DNA from: a virus
Taxonomy: Duplodnaviria; Caudoviricetes
Virus record (IMG/VR): IMGVR_UViG_3300032287_001413
Span: 1-38,881 of that record
DNA length: 38,881 nucleotides
Strand: one strand, 5' to 3'
Below the pieces are notes generated by a model. That model saw only the letters and a list, made by a program, of their open reading frames with translations. It had not been told where the DNA came from and ran no database searches. A program made the translations under genes and the position numbers. Positions 10,544 to 19,510 of the stretch are shown here, piece by piece. The stretch's first letter is position 1, and the number at the start of each line of letters is the position of its first letter.

Positions 10544-11266
10544 TTACCTCCGTGAGATTGCCAGTGAGTAGGTGATTGCTCCAGAAGTACCAGTGTCAAC
10601 TGCGTTTACACGCAAATAACGATTGATTGTTCCTGTCGCAGATTTTTGTTCTGATGTTTCAACGCCAGCAGATACAACTGCAAAAGTAATTAAATCTGCA
10701 AAGGTGCTGTTGTCTGAAGAATGTTGCAACTTAAAAGTTGTTGAACCATTTCCAGTGTTATCAGTAACGTGCAGATTTGCCACTATTCCATTGGCGCTAC
10801 TAGCGGTATTGTCATTTACGGTTGAATTAGCGGTTGCACCTGCGGCTACCGATACGCCACCAGAAATGATTTTTCCTGCATTTATTCCTCCATCTAATTG
10901 CAAATCTGAGGTAACTGTTACCACGTCTGCAACTGGTGAAGAAATTTCATATGAGTTTGAGCGACTTACTCCAAAGAAGCAAGGCTCTCCAGCAACTAAT
11001 CCAGTGGTGCAGATAGTTACAAGTGTTGAACTTGCATTTGTCAAAGCACTGTTTAGAGTTGTGTCATTTATTTCGCCTTCAAACATTCCACTTAGGGAAA
11101 CCGTGGCATCTTGTAGGGATGTAATGTAGGTCTTTGCGTTATCGCCAAATGCTGTGGTTTCGGAGGTTTCCGATGAACTGGACATTGACGCTTCATTTAA
11201 GTATGAAGAAAGATTGTAATTACCAAAAAGAACTGCTGTCTTTTTACCGTGACGGAATGTAGGCAT
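10544..11266 (-). CDS. Tail tube paralog with C-terminal extension
   Basis: Same N-terminus (MPTFRHGK) and ETSETTAFG...DATVSLSG motif as 10099-10536, plus a ~100 aa C-terminal beta domain (KLQHSSDNSTFADL...RYLRV). Confidence 0.75.
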   Translation of the reverse strand: MPTFRHGKKTAVLFGNYNLSSYLNEASMSSSSETSETTAFGDNAKTYITSLQDATVSLSGMFEGEINDTTLNSALTNASSTLVTICTTGLVAGEPCFFGVSRSNSYEISSPVADVVTVTSDLQLDGGINAGKIISGGVSVAAGATANSTVNDNTASSANGIVANLHVTDNTGNGSTTFKLQHSSDNSTFADLITFAVVSAGVETSEQKSATGTINRYLRVNAVDTGTSGAITYSLAISRR

Positions 11267-11505
11267 TATTCAGCATCCTCTTCAACGGTTTCTTCAACAG
11301 CAACAGTTTCTTCAACTGCTACTTCTGGTTCTGGTTCTGGAACAACGACAGTTTTCTTGGAAGTCTTTCCATCAACTGCTTCAATTAGACCTTCAGCCAA
11401 AAGCCATGTGATTGAAGAACTGGGCAGGTCGGATACTTCGTCCCCTGCTTCAGCACGCTTGTTTGGTGGATAATCCAAGCCAACAAGTACACGATACTTA
11501 GCCAC
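11266..11505 (-). CDS. Small virion-associated/hypothetical protein
   Basis: Likely GTG start at 11505 after AGAGGA. KYRVLVGLDYPPNKRAEAGD...WLLAEGLIE followed by an acidic tail. Confidence 0.65.
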   Translation of the reverse strand: MAKYRVLVGLDYPPNKRAEAGDEVSDLPSSSITWLLAEGLIEAVDGKTSKKTVVVPEPEPEVAVEETVAVEETVEEDAE

Positions 11506-11601
11506 TTCTTGTCCTCTCTTACGGCAAGGCGAAACCCCTGCCATAAGACCACATTGGGCACGAGAAATGGCTGGGGACACTAGGTCACGTTCGCTGTTTA
11601 A

Positions 11602-11627
11602 AGCATACGATTAGTACGCGACACGCC
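11602..11627 (-). promoter_or_regulatory. Putative tail-operon promoter (GGCGTGTCGC element plus TATGCT -10)
   Basis: Minus strand reads GGCGTGTCGC-N10-TATGCT in the intergenic gap upstream of the tail genes. The same 10-mer occurs inverted at 19501-19510. Confidence 0.45.
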
Positions 11628-11667
11628 AAAAGGAAACGCCGAGCCAAATTAATGACTCGGCGTTTTT
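11628..11667. terminator. Intrinsic terminator, potentially bidirectional
   Basis: Inverted repeat AAACGCCGAG (11634-11643) / CTCGGCGTTT (11656-11665) with A/T runs on both sides, downstream of 11746-12939. Confidence 0.75.
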
Positions 11668-11745
11668 ATCTGCTCAGAAGGGAGGAGATAAGTAATTCCC
11701 CTAGGAATTACCTTTACCCTAGATGATTATTTATTTTTTAGCAAC

Positions 11746-12939
11746 TTAGACCTTAGCCAATTTTTTGTTAGCGTCTGAACATCTGGTTAGCAAGGTTGAA
11801 TTAATTCCGTTGTAAGTATCAAGTCCTTTTACGGTTCCCTTTAAGTCAATTACGTCACCAACATTGGCGCTGAACGAGCCACTGGCAAACCACTTGAATC
11901 TGGCACCCTCAGCAACAAAGGTGTAGATGTTAACCCATCCGTAAGCACCGTCAAATCCTGCATAATCAACAACCTTGGCTCCAGTCAATAAAATCTTGGC
12001 TCCAGTTTCAGCAAACTGTTCTTCAATGGTGATTTCACCCTCAAGCACAGCCTTTTCTTCGGCTTCTAACTTGGCTTTAAGCGATTCCAACTCAGCCTTT
12101 TTAATAACTGGGATGATTGAGATAAGAAGACCAATTGTTGAAGGAAAAGCGTATTTGCTGGAAAGAGCAACTTTTAAGTTATCAAAGTAGTTTCCGTTTT
12201 TGTCAGCCACAAATTCAAGACCTTTTGCAATCAACTCCTCAGCCTGAGCAGTGTATTTTCCTGAATTTAAGGAATCAAGACCAGCAGTAAACGGTTTATC
12301 TCCGTATTTAGCAATGGCTTCTTGCTTAACTTCAAAACTGTAGTTAAGCACATTGTCCTTGGTGGAATTTATGCAACTGGCGCTTACATATCCACCCACA
12401 ATTTCGTTGACTACCACAAGAGCCTTTTCCAAGGTGTAGACACTGGTTTCGTAACCCTGACTACCGCCACCAAATTGTGATGCTATTTCGTTTTCAAAAT
12501 CCTCAAAAAGAACTGGACTGTAAGACCATCCAAGAAAATCCTTAGTACAAGTAGAACCGACTACCTTGCGAACTCCTTCAGCGTTTTCTACTACAATCTG
12601 GTAGTTACGCTTCCGATTAATTCCACAGTGGTCACAAGCATTTTGCTTGATTATTGAACGGTCAATTTCAGCACCCTTGTAAGTTGGAGCAACTTTAGTG
12701 ATGAAAACTTTTTCTTCAGGAATCCATTCAATTACTCCGACAAAGTTCCAGCCACCGATTGAGTAAGGACTTCCGCTTACTACAAGGTAAGTTACACCTT
12801 CAGTTTTTTCAATCGAAACTTGATAGCCACCTTGCAAACCCTTTTTGTTGGCGCGACTTGCAAGTTTTTGAGCCTTAGCAAGCGATAATGACGCCTGAAT
12901 TGGGTCAACTGCGAATTTTGCAATCTCCATAATTACCAC
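11746..12939 (-). CDS. Hypothetical protein with Zn-binding CxxC...C motif and probable C-terminal OB-fold
   Basis: CDHCGINRKR...VGSTC.KDF motif and C-terminal FKWFAS...LKGTVK...NSTLLTRC. Has its own promoter and RBS. Confidence 0.7.
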   Translation of the reverse strand: MVIMEIAKFAVDPIQASLSLAKAQKLASRANKKGLQGGYQVSIEKTEGVTYLVVSGSPYSIGGWNFVGVIEWIPEEKVFITKVAPTYKGAEIDRSIIKQNACDHCGINRKRNYQIVVENAEGVRKVVGSTCTKDFLGWSYSPVLFEDFENEIASQFGGGSQGYETSVYTLEKALVVVNEIVGGYVSASCINSTKDNVLNYSFEVKQEAIAKYGDKPFTAGLDSLNSGKYTAQAEELIAKGLEFVADKNGNYFDNLKVALSSKYAFPSTIGLLISIIPVIKKAELESLKAKLEAEEKAVLEGEITIEEQFAETGAKILLTGAKVVDYAGFDGAYGWVNIYTFVAEGARFKWFASGSFSANVGDVIDLKGTVKGLDTYNGINSTLLTRCSDANKKLAKV

Positions 12940-12956
12940 CCTTCCCTTCTATAAAT

Positions 12957-12980
12957 ATCATAGCACAACCGTAGTTGAGA
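12957..12980 (-). promoter_or_regulatory. Promoter/operator copy 1 (CAAC-N4-GTTG plus extended -10)
   Basis: Minus strand TCTCAACTACGGTTGTGCTATGAT, upstream of RBS GAAGGG and gene 11746-12939. Confidence 0.7.
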
Positions 12981-13169
12981 TTAGCGATAACCAGCCCCAT
13001 GAATTGCCTTGTAAATGTTGGAGATTTGGTCTTCTAAACGAGCCTTACGCGCTTCTGAGCCTTCTTCGTTGTAAAGAAAGGCTTCAGCAGATTGAAGAAT
13101 GTTATCTAGTTGGGCTATTTGTTGAGCATCGAACTCAACGCTAATTTTAGAACCTATTTGAATACCCAT
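12981..13169 (-). CDS. Small hypothetical protein
   Basis: ATG 13169 follows a GAAGGGG RBS and a promoter copy. About 62 aa, helical. Confidence 0.6.
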   Translation of the reverse strand: MGIQIGSKISVEFDAQQIAQLDNILQSAEAFLYNEEGSEARKARLEDQISNIYKAIHGAGYR

Positions 13170-13191
13170 GGTGTCCCCTTCCGACACTTTA

Positions 13192-13212
13192 ATGGTACCA
13201 CAACTACGGTTT
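13192..13212 (-). promoter_or_regulatory. Promoter/operator copy 2
   Basis: Minus strand AAACCGTAGTTGTGGTACCAT, with the same spacing to the -10 hexamer (TACCAT) as copies 1 and 3. Confidence 0.6.
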
Positions 13213-13512
13213 AGTTAAACCCTCATTCTTGAGTATTTCGCGCTCTATTCTTTCTTGCCTAATCATGGCTAAAGTAAGCCAATATCCAATGCCGTCAACT
13301 GGATTGTCCATCTTGGGCTTGTGGATTTCACGGGCTATTTTCATGCCTTCCATACATAGGCAAACCTGCTCTGCTGTGACCTCTATTCCGAGGATTACAG
13401 ACCAGATACGCGCCGCTCTGTCTAGGTTGTCTAATGGGTGCCCATAGTCATCGTTACGGTCTCCAAAGACCAGTTCTACGGCTGTATCGGCTATGTCTCG
13501 TGGGTCAATCAT
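13204..13512 (-). CDS. DUF6378-like protein
   Basis: A.ELVFGDR..DYGHP.DN..R.A.IWS...VCLCM...KIAR...DN.VD.IGY pattern. Confidence 0.75.
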   Translation of the reverse strand: MIDPRDIADTAVELVFGDRNDDYGHPLDNLDRAARIWSVILGIEVTAEQVCLCMEGMKIAREIHKPKMDNPVDGIGYWLTLAMIRQERIEREILKNEGLTKP

Positions 13513-14708
13513 TTTAGAACTTCCAAATCTGCTACTCGGCGGTCAGGATAGACGGCAAAGGTTAAAACTCCCGCTTCGCTGGACTCACCGCTTACCATAA
13601 GCCACCATTCGGAACCAGAATCCAAGGATGGGGCTTGCAACCACATACAACCGCCCCAGTCAGCCTGACGCAGATGATGGTAATGACCAGTAACCAAAAT
13701 GTCGGAGTTGCCTACGCTTTGTTTTCCGCCAGCCATTTTGTTGTACCAAGCGTGCAACTTGGCTTCGGCGTTGGAGCCTGAACGGGCAACGTGACCATGG
13801 GTCAATCCAAGAATCCAACCAGCAATTTCAACTGTGACGGTTAAATGGTCTTTTGGAATTATGAACTTGACGTGCCCATAAGTCTCAGGATTGGTAGCCA
13901 AGATTTCAGCAACCTGTTCAACAACGGCTAGGTCATCGTTGTCCCCAAATGAGGTGTAAGCCTTGCCCCCCGAATTTCGGTTCTCGCCATGATTACCGCC
14001 AACTGCTACAACTACAACTTCAGGGAACATCTTTGACCAGCGAATAAGAGCATCTCGGAGCAATCGCCTTGTAACTTTTACTTGTTCGCGCCTATCCAAC
14101 TCAGTGGAAAATACCTGCATTTCGTAATGACCAATACATCCTTCAACGGCGTCTCCCGTCCACAAGACATACAGGGAACCTAACGGGCGTCCTAGTTTGC
14201 GTAATTCCTTAACTCTAGATTCAACGTCATCAATAGCCTTAAGGATTCGGTGAACTGTTGCAGTGGTTCCTTCTTTACCAATCTGCCAATCGGCTAGAAC
14301 TACGCAAAAAGAACCTTCGGCTGTGGCTATTTCTTTCTTTGCTGGTTTGTGCTTCTTAATTTCATCAATAAGTTCTGATACATCAACGGTATCTTGCCGA
14401 ACTTTGCGGATTACTTTGGCTTTCCATTGGCGATACAAAACTGGACCCTCTGGGGAGCCACCATGCCAAGCATTGAAAAGCACTGGTTCAACAATTTCGA
14501 ACTCATCAGGGTTTAATTCAAAGATAGATAGGACAGCGTTCCATTGTGGTGGGTCTGTTCCTGCAATTGGGTCGGTGGTTACGGTTCCAGCGTCACCGTT
14601 CCATTGGAATCCAGATGACCAATCGGCGCTTTTCTTACGATTGGGTTCTAGGGTTTTGCCCGCTTCTACGGGTTCAAGAAGTTGATTTACTTCTTCGTCA
14701 AATGTCAT
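13509..14708 (-). CDS. Calcineurin-like metallophosphoesterase
   Basis: Five metallophosphoesterase motifs: ADWQIG, GDAVEG, GNHGE, THGH, GHYHH. Confidence 0.88.
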   Translation of the reverse strand: MTFDEEVNQLLEPVEAGKTLEPNRKKSADWSSGFQWNGDAGTVTTDPIAGTDPPQWNAVLSIFELNPDEFEIVEPVLFNAWHGGSPEGPVLYRQWKAKVIRKVRQDTVDVSELIDEIKKHKPAKKEIATAEGSFCVVLADWQIGKEGTTATVHRILKAIDDVESRVKELRKLGRPLGSLYVLWTGDAVEGCIGHYEMQVFSTELDRREQVKVTRRLLRDALIRWSKMFPEVVVVAVGGNHGENRNSGGKAYTSFGDNDDLAVVEQVAEILATNPETYGHVKFIIPKDHLTVTVEIAGWILGLTHGHVARSGSNAEAKLHAWYNKMAGGKQSVGNSDILVTGHYHHLRQADWGGCMWLQAPSLDSGSEWWLMVSGESSEAGVLTFAVYPDRRVADLEVLK

Positions 14709-15073
14709 TTAGGACACCTGCAACCGCCACCTTTAAATCTTCGCCTATGGCGTTGAATGGCGTAATGGCTAACTGACAAATCGTATTTTGTAAGCAATGC
14801 GGAAATTTTACTTGCTGAAACCTGAGTTTCGTCTATAAGAGTTGTTAGTTTTTTGTAGATTTCGGAATCTACTTCATCTAGAACAAAATAAACGGGACAT
14901 TGAACTCGTCCACTGGTTCCCCGTTGAATAAGGAATTCAAGTTCGCTATTTAGCGCCGTTTTCTGCTTTGCACCTTGAGCATCTGATACTCCAAGGTCTT
15001 GTAACTGAGAGGGCGATAATTCTGTTGCATCTCCAGCATCTAGGGAGGTCATCAGTTCTTTCACTCTTGCCAT
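14705..15073 (-). CDS. Hypothetical protein, possibly Zn-binding HTH
   Basis: C-terminal SHYAIQRHRRR...CRCP and an internal CPV. ATGA overlap with the phosphoesterase gene; GAAGGG RBS. Confidence 0.65.
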   Translation of the reverse strand: MARVKELMTSLDAGDATELSPSQLQDLGVSDAQGAKQKTALNSELEFLIQRGTSGRVQCPVYFVLDEVDSEIYKKLTTLIDETQVSASKISALLTKYDLSVSHYAIQRHRRRFKGGGCRCPK

Positions 15074-15091
15074 AAACGTCTTTCCCTTCGG

Positions 15092-15319
15092 TCACTGTGT
15101 CACCTCAAATTGCACTTCGCAATCTAGGCAAAATGACACCTTTCCTCCACCCATTGTTGCAACTGTTTGTAGTTTTGGGTGAGTACAGACCTCTGGCGTG
15201 TCGTTATTTTCTTCAGTTTTTGGTTCTGCAAGAGTCGTTGCTAATGCAAGCCGAATAGCGTGCAACTGTGAGATACAGGCATCTATGGCTTGGATACAGG
15301 CTAACTCTCGTGGGGTCAT
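15092..15319 (-). CDS. Small hypothetical protein with Zn-ribbon-like C-terminus
   Basis: CTHP...FCLDC motif; ATGA overlap with the tail terminator gene. Confidence 0.6.
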   Translation of the reverse strand: MTPRELACIQAIDACISQLHAIRLALATTLAEPKTEENNDTPEVCTHPKLQTVATMGGGKVSFCLDCEVQFEVTQ

Positions 15320-15714
15320 GTCGAAACAATTGCCCTGTAGTTTGTGCTAATCATTGGACGGTCATTTTTGTCAAGACCCATAGGCAACACCGAGCCAATA
15401 GGAGCAATTCTAAGAACCGAAACTCCAGATAAGGTTTGATTAGCCACGGACGCCAGCAAAAGGCGTATGCTTTCAGCCTTGTCTCTTGCGGTGACGTAAT
15501 CTTCCCGTGTTCCCCGAACAATAATTTGAATTGCTGGATTATCTAGGATTGTGCTTCCCATGGTGAACTCAGGCATACCGCCTTCGCCTTCGTAGACACA
15601 AACGCACGCATCTGGGGTTTCTGGCATACGGCTAAGGAACAAATTTGTTCCAAGAGTGCCTTGACCCTGAGCAACTAAGTAATTGCCAACTGCTTCTAAA
15701 ATTGTATTAGCCAC
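15316..15714 (-). CDS. Tail terminator-like protein
   Basis: LGTNLFLSRMPETPD...PAIQIIVRG...MGLDKNDRPMISTNY; position in the connector module. Confidence 0.8.
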   Translation of the reverse strand: MANTILEAVGNYLVAQGQGTLGTNLFLSRMPETPDACVCVYEGEGGMPEFTMGSTILDNPAIQIIVRGTREDYVTARDKAESIRLLLASVANQTLSGVSVLRIAPIGSVLPMGLDKNDRPMISTNYRAIVST

Positions 15715-16150
15715 GAGGAATCCTTAATAAAATGTCTTTCATTCTCATACCGATGTTTCTGCTAAATGTTGGTGCACGTTCGTAAAGAGGTTGTTCTAGA
15801 TACTTACGTTGGGTTGGTTCGGCGTGACGCGCAAAGCCTTCATGGACAATCATTGCATAAGCCGAAGCAGGTCCACCGTAGGAAATCTCAACATAGGAAG
15901 TTTTTCCATCGGCTTGAACTGGGGAAACGTATCCAGAACTTCTCAAAACACCAGTATCAACTGGAACAAGCATTTGAGAGCGAGCAAAAACAACTGACGC
16001 TTCTTCGGCTAGAGCCATGGAAAATGAGTTGCGTACATCTGTTTCTCTGCCAGCCTGAACCAAGCCATTTACAAGTTCGGCTAAACCTTCAACCTGAATG
16101 TGGGGGGAAAGTTTGGAATTTTTTTTAGTGTTAATGTTTGCTTTAGCCAT
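15707..16150 (-). CDS. HK97 gp10-like neck/tail-completion protein
   Basis: VPVDTGVLRSSG...YAMIVHE...KYLEQPL signature. Confidence 0.85.
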   Translation of the reverse strand: MAKANINTKKNSKLSPHIQVEGLAELVNGLVQAGRETDVRNSFSMALAEEASVVFARSQMLVPVDTGVLRSSGYVSPVQADGKTSYVEISYGGPASAYAMIVHEGFARHAEPTQRKYLEQPLYERAPTFSRNIGMRMKDILLRIPRG

Positions 16151-16483
16151 TTAAGCACCAAAGTAAATAATGACGTGATGCTCTAGGTCAGTTTCGTCAG
16201 TAATGCTATCAACAGCAATAATTGGAACAGTTATTCCATCTACAACCATTTTGTGCTTGACGGTTACTGAAGGAGAAACAGCGCCGTAACTGGAAAACTT
16301 TCCAACTGAAACAACGTCCCGACCATTTATGTCTTTCATCATTTGAGTTTTGTACGATAGACGTCCAGTTACACTCTGGGATGTGCCTGAAAAAGTGGTC
16401 TTTCCATAAGCATCACGGGAACTTTCAGCAAAAAATGTTGCACTATCCTGCATCATTTCAGCCAACTCAGGGTCAATAGCCAT
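16151..16483 (-). CDS. Head-to-tail stopper-like protein
   Basis: 110 aa with RDAYGK motif, between the adaptor and gp10-like genes. Confidence 0.7.
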   Translation of the reverse strand: MAIDPELAEMMQDSATFFAESSRDAYGKTTFSGTSQSVTGRLSYKTQMMKDINGRDVVSVGKFSSYGAVSPSVTVKHKMVVDGITVPIIAVDSITDETDLEHHVIIYFGA

Positions 16484-16485
16484 GG

Positions 16486-16905
16486 TTAACTACCCCTGTT
16501 GTCGTCTATACCAACGTAGAAATCGCTCTTACGGGAATCAAACGTGCGTTCCCTAGTTCCCTTAAGTGAATTTGCATTTACAACTGGGGCTGATGGATAC
16601 AAGCGAGCACGCTGGTTAGCAATCTGAATTGCCAACTCACGGTACTGACCAGCCTTGTTTGAGTAAGACTTGGAAATAGATAAATCTGCTACCGACTTAG
16701 AGGTTGAATCTGCAAGGCGAGTGAACTGACCAGAAATGGTCTCTGCTCCAACTCGTGCAACTTCGTAAGGGTTAGTCCAAGTAGCAATTAGGTAATTGAT
16801 TTCTTCATTGCTTAAAAGTACATCAGTAGAATCCGTGTCCTGTAAAAGGAAACGAACTAAATCCAGACTCGAACTGGATGGATTGCCTGAGTAACTAAAT
16901 GTCAT
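16486..16905 (-). CDS. Head-to-tail adaptor
   Basis: Start reassigned to ATG 16905 (MTFSYSGNP) after AGAAAGG. VRFLLQDTD...LLSNEEI.Y signature. Confidence 0.8.
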   Translation of the reverse strand: MTFSYSGNPSSSSLDLVRFLLQDTDSTDVLLSNEEINYLIATWTNPYEVARVGAETISGQFTRLADSTSKSVADLSISKSYSNKAGQYRELAIQIANQRARLYPSAPVVNANSLKGTRERTFDSRKSDFYVGIDDNRGS

Positions 16906-16920
16906 TTTAAGCCTTTCTAG

Positions 16921-16954
16921 AAACAGAAAGGGCGACCTCCGTGAAGGTCGCCCC
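16921..16954 (-). terminator. Intrinsic terminator after the capsid genes
   Basis: Minus strand GGGCGACCT-TCACGG-AGGTCGCCC-TTTCTGTTT: a 9-bp GC-rich stem followed by a U-rich tract. Confidence 0.8.
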
Positions 16955-16959
16955 ACTGC

Positions 16960-17190
16960 TTATGCTTCGGAATCTTCCTCGGCAACTGCCTTCTTTTTAG
17001 CAGGAGCCTTTGGTGTGCTTTTCTCTTCTGTGGGTTCAACGCCCTTCAAAAGAGTGGGACTCAGATACCGCATAGTTACTAACTTATCGGCGTGCTTCCA
17101 GCCTGATACCTCAACGGCATCTCCGACCTTTAGCAGAGTCCCACTCTGTTCGAATGGGCGCAGTACCTCACGATACTGCTTCGTAGTCAT
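16960..17190 (-). CDS. Small capsid-associated hypothetical protein
   Basis: 76 aa, TAATG-coupled to the major capsid gene, with a Lys/Glu-rich tail. Confidence 0.7.
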   Translation of the reverse strand: MTTKQYREVLRPFEQSGTLLKVGDAVEVSGWKHADKLVTMRYLSPTLLKGVEPTEEKSTPKAPAKKKAVAEEDSEA

Positions 17191-18167
17191 TAGGCTACGA
17201 TGGTTGTCCAGAAGTATCCTAGGTCAGCGGCAACAACCTTGTTGTCAAACGCGACTTCAGATTCAACACGACTTGCCTTGATGGTTTCCATACGGAACTG
17301 TGAAGTACCAATGGTCTGTCCAAGACCGCCAGATACACCATTCCAAGAGAAGATGTAACCTGCGGATGGAGTCATAAGGCCAGGAGTTGGAGCAACGTGG
17401 CAAAGAAGAGCAGACTTGCCGACATTAAATGCCATTGCGTCTGCGGCGCCTTCCTTGTTGGTTGCCTTTACTGACTTAGCGACAAGCACGCGGTCAACAC
17501 CAAACATACGAGCAATCATGTCTTCAGTGATTACGTTGGATGATGTGTACTTGATGCGGTCAACTAGGTCTGGGTGATTCTTCAACTTGCGGAATACCTG
17601 ATATCCAAGAACAAGAGTGTTTGGCTCGTATCCTGTGGCTCCAAGAATTGTTTCCTTACCTGCTTCTACGTCTTCTAGTGGGTCAGAGTTAGCAAAGTCA
17701 GACCATTGCTTAACTTCTCCAGTTGAAGGAGAACCTGAAACACCAGTTACGTCAGTTCCCCATACGCCAGTTGTGACGAAATCAGAAACAAACTGAATTT
17801 CACGGCGAAGAAGTAGGCGGTTAGTAACGAACTCAGCGGCTTCGCGTAGTGGTGACAACGGAGCATCTGCGTTAGCAAGTGTCTGGTCGCCCACATCCTT
17901 GTGGAAAGCCCATACGTCAGCATTGTATGAATCAGTGGTTAGACTGTAGCCCGAACCAGCGGATTCAGTTGCATCTGCACGGCGCTGTGCTTCGTCACGG
18001 AACCAATCGTTCTTGGTGTACTTGAAGAACTTGTTGCTCTTCTTGTCAACTGGTACTACTGGGAATACCTTGTCTGCAATGTAGTTCTCGGCTCTTTGCA
18101 TATATGCTACCGAGATGTTTGTCAGAATTGCGTCAACGTGGACGCTATTCAAATGTGGCTGTGCCAT
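17190..18167 (-). CDS. Major capsid protein
   Basis: 325 aa. HVDAILTNISVAY...IADKVFPVVPV and PNTLVLG..VF..LKNHP motifs. Strongly biased codons; follows the scaffold and decoration genes. Confidence 0.92.
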   Translation of the reverse strand: MAQPHLNSVHVDAILTNISVAYMQRAENYIADKVFPVVPVDKKSNKFFKYTKNDWFRDEAQRRADATESAGSGYSLTTDSYNADVWAFHKDVGDQTLANADAPLSPLREAAEFVTNRLLLRREIQFVSDFVTTGVWGTDVTGVSGSPSTGEVKQWSDFANSDPLEDVEAGKETILGATGYEPNTLVLGYQVFRKLKNHPDLVDRIKYTSSNVITEDMIARMFGVDRVLVAKSVKATNKEGAADAMAFNVGKSALLCHVAPTPGLMTPSAGYIFSWNGVSGGLGQTIGTSQFRMETIKASRVESEVAFDNKVVAADLGYFWTTIVA

Positions 18168-18192
18168 GTGTGATTATCCTTTTCTCGGTTAC

Positions 18193-18585
18193 TTAAGCCG
18201 CGCGACCTGCGTTAGCGCAAGCAACTACAACAGTTACGATTTCGCCTGAAGCCCCGCCAGTGATGGCTTGACCTAGAGCGTACTTGGTTGTGTCAGTTCC
18301 ATGAACAATTGCTACACCAGCGCCAGTTGACGATGGGCTAACAATTGCGGCGGCGGCAACGGTGCCACCAAGAACCAACTTGGAACCACCAGCAATAAGA
18401 ACTTCTGCTTCTTGTCCTGATGTTGGTGCGTTCTGAAGAATTCCGATAGGTAGGTCAGTAGCGGCGGCTACTGCGATTACCTGACCAGATGAATTCAACT
18501 TAACGAAGTTGTATTGCTTTGCGGAAAGGTCTGCACCCGCAACGAGTGTTGCCTTTACGCTGTAATTACTGAATTCGTATGCCAT
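18193..18585 (-). CDS. Capsid decoration/cement protein (DUF2190-like)
   Basis: 130 aa, Ala/Gly/Val-rich (AGADLSAKQYNFVKL...IGILQNAP..GQEAEV), directly upstream of the capsid gene. Confidence 0.8.
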   Translation of the reverse strand: MAYEFSNYSVKATLVAGADLSAKQYNFVKLNSSGQVIAVAAATDLPIGILQNAPTSGQEAEVLIAGGSKLVLGGTVAAAAIVSPSSTGAGVAIVHGTDTTKYALGQAITGGASGEIVTVVVACANAGRAA

Positions 18586-18588
18586 GAG

Positions 18589-19389
18589 TTAGGCACCCTT
18601 CTCGTTGAGGTACTGTGCGTACAGTGATGGTTGGGCAACTGCAAGGTCAGACAATGCCTGTTCTACAGTTGACGCTTTGCCTTCGGAAACAGCAGACTTA
18701 GCCATTGATTCCAACTGGGTAAATGCGTTGCCAGAAGTACCAGTCGTGCGACCAATTTCGGCAAAGATGTCAGCAGATTCAGCCTGAGCGTTTACACTCT
18801 CAAGAACTTCTGTTACTGACTTTGCTAGTGATTCGTCAATCTGTGCTAGACGGCGAAGGGCTGGGCCTACTTCTTGTGCGTCTAGTGATAGGTGTGACCA
18901 ACCACGAGCCTTTTCGATTGCTTCGGCATCTGCGTGTGCCTCGCGCTCTTTGTGAAGAACAGTTGTGGCTTCGTCAGCCTTTGCCTGTGCTTCTTCTGCT
19001 TGCTTACGCAATGATTCAAATGCCTTTTGAACTGGTTCAGGTAGGGACTTCATTACGTCCTCTTCCTCAACGGGGGCTTCCTCTGCTGGCGCTTCGGTTG
19101 TTTCCTCAGCGACTTCTTCGGTTGCCTCTTCCAGTTCGGCAATACGTTCTTCAGCCTTTGTAAGAAGTTCTAATGCTTCTTCTAGCCGATTTTCGATGCT
19201 CTCCGACACGGAGTCCTCCTTGGAAACGGATGATTCAAGAACTGTCTGCACGTCTGAAGGGTTTGCCGCTTTCATAACTAACCAACCATCGTGAAGATGG
19301 GCTGGGTAATCTACTCCACTGGTTTCCTCAATGTTGAGATTAACCATTTTGCGAGTGCGAGAAAACGCCACACTAACTCCTATGTGCAA
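18589..19389 (-). CDS. Capsid scaffolding protein (start uncertain)
   Basis: Glu/Ala-rich coiled coil ending P.LYAQYLNEKG, between the protease and capsid genes. Confidence 0.8.
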   Translation of the reverse strand: MHIGVSVAFSRTRKMVNLNIEETSGVDYPAHLHDGWLVMKAANPSDVQTVLESSVSKEDSVSESIENRLEEALELLTKAEERIAELEEATEEVAEETTEAPAEEAPVEEEDVMKSLPEPVQKAFESLRKQAEEAQAKADEATTVLHKEREAHADAEAIEKARGWSHLSLDAQEVGPALRRLAQIDESLAKSVTEVLESVNAQAESADIFAEIGRTTGTSGNAFTQLESMAKSAVSEGKASTVEQALSDLAVAQPSLYAQYLNEKGA

Positions 19390-19510
19390 ACAGAGCGGGC
19401 GCCGTTCCTGTTATTGAACAGGGCAACATTCCGCTAGTCTTGATTGATTCAAAATAACACAATGGGATTACACCACTATTGTGCTAATCGCAATGGATTC
19501 GGCGTGTCGC

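Noticed and set aside
11692-11711. Short inverted repeat GTAATTCC/GGAATTAC
   Set aside because: Single occurrence, AT-rich stem, and no support for a function.
16906-16956. N-terminal extension of the adaptor ORF
   Set aside because: It runs through the terminator hairpin, and the RBS supports ATG 16905.
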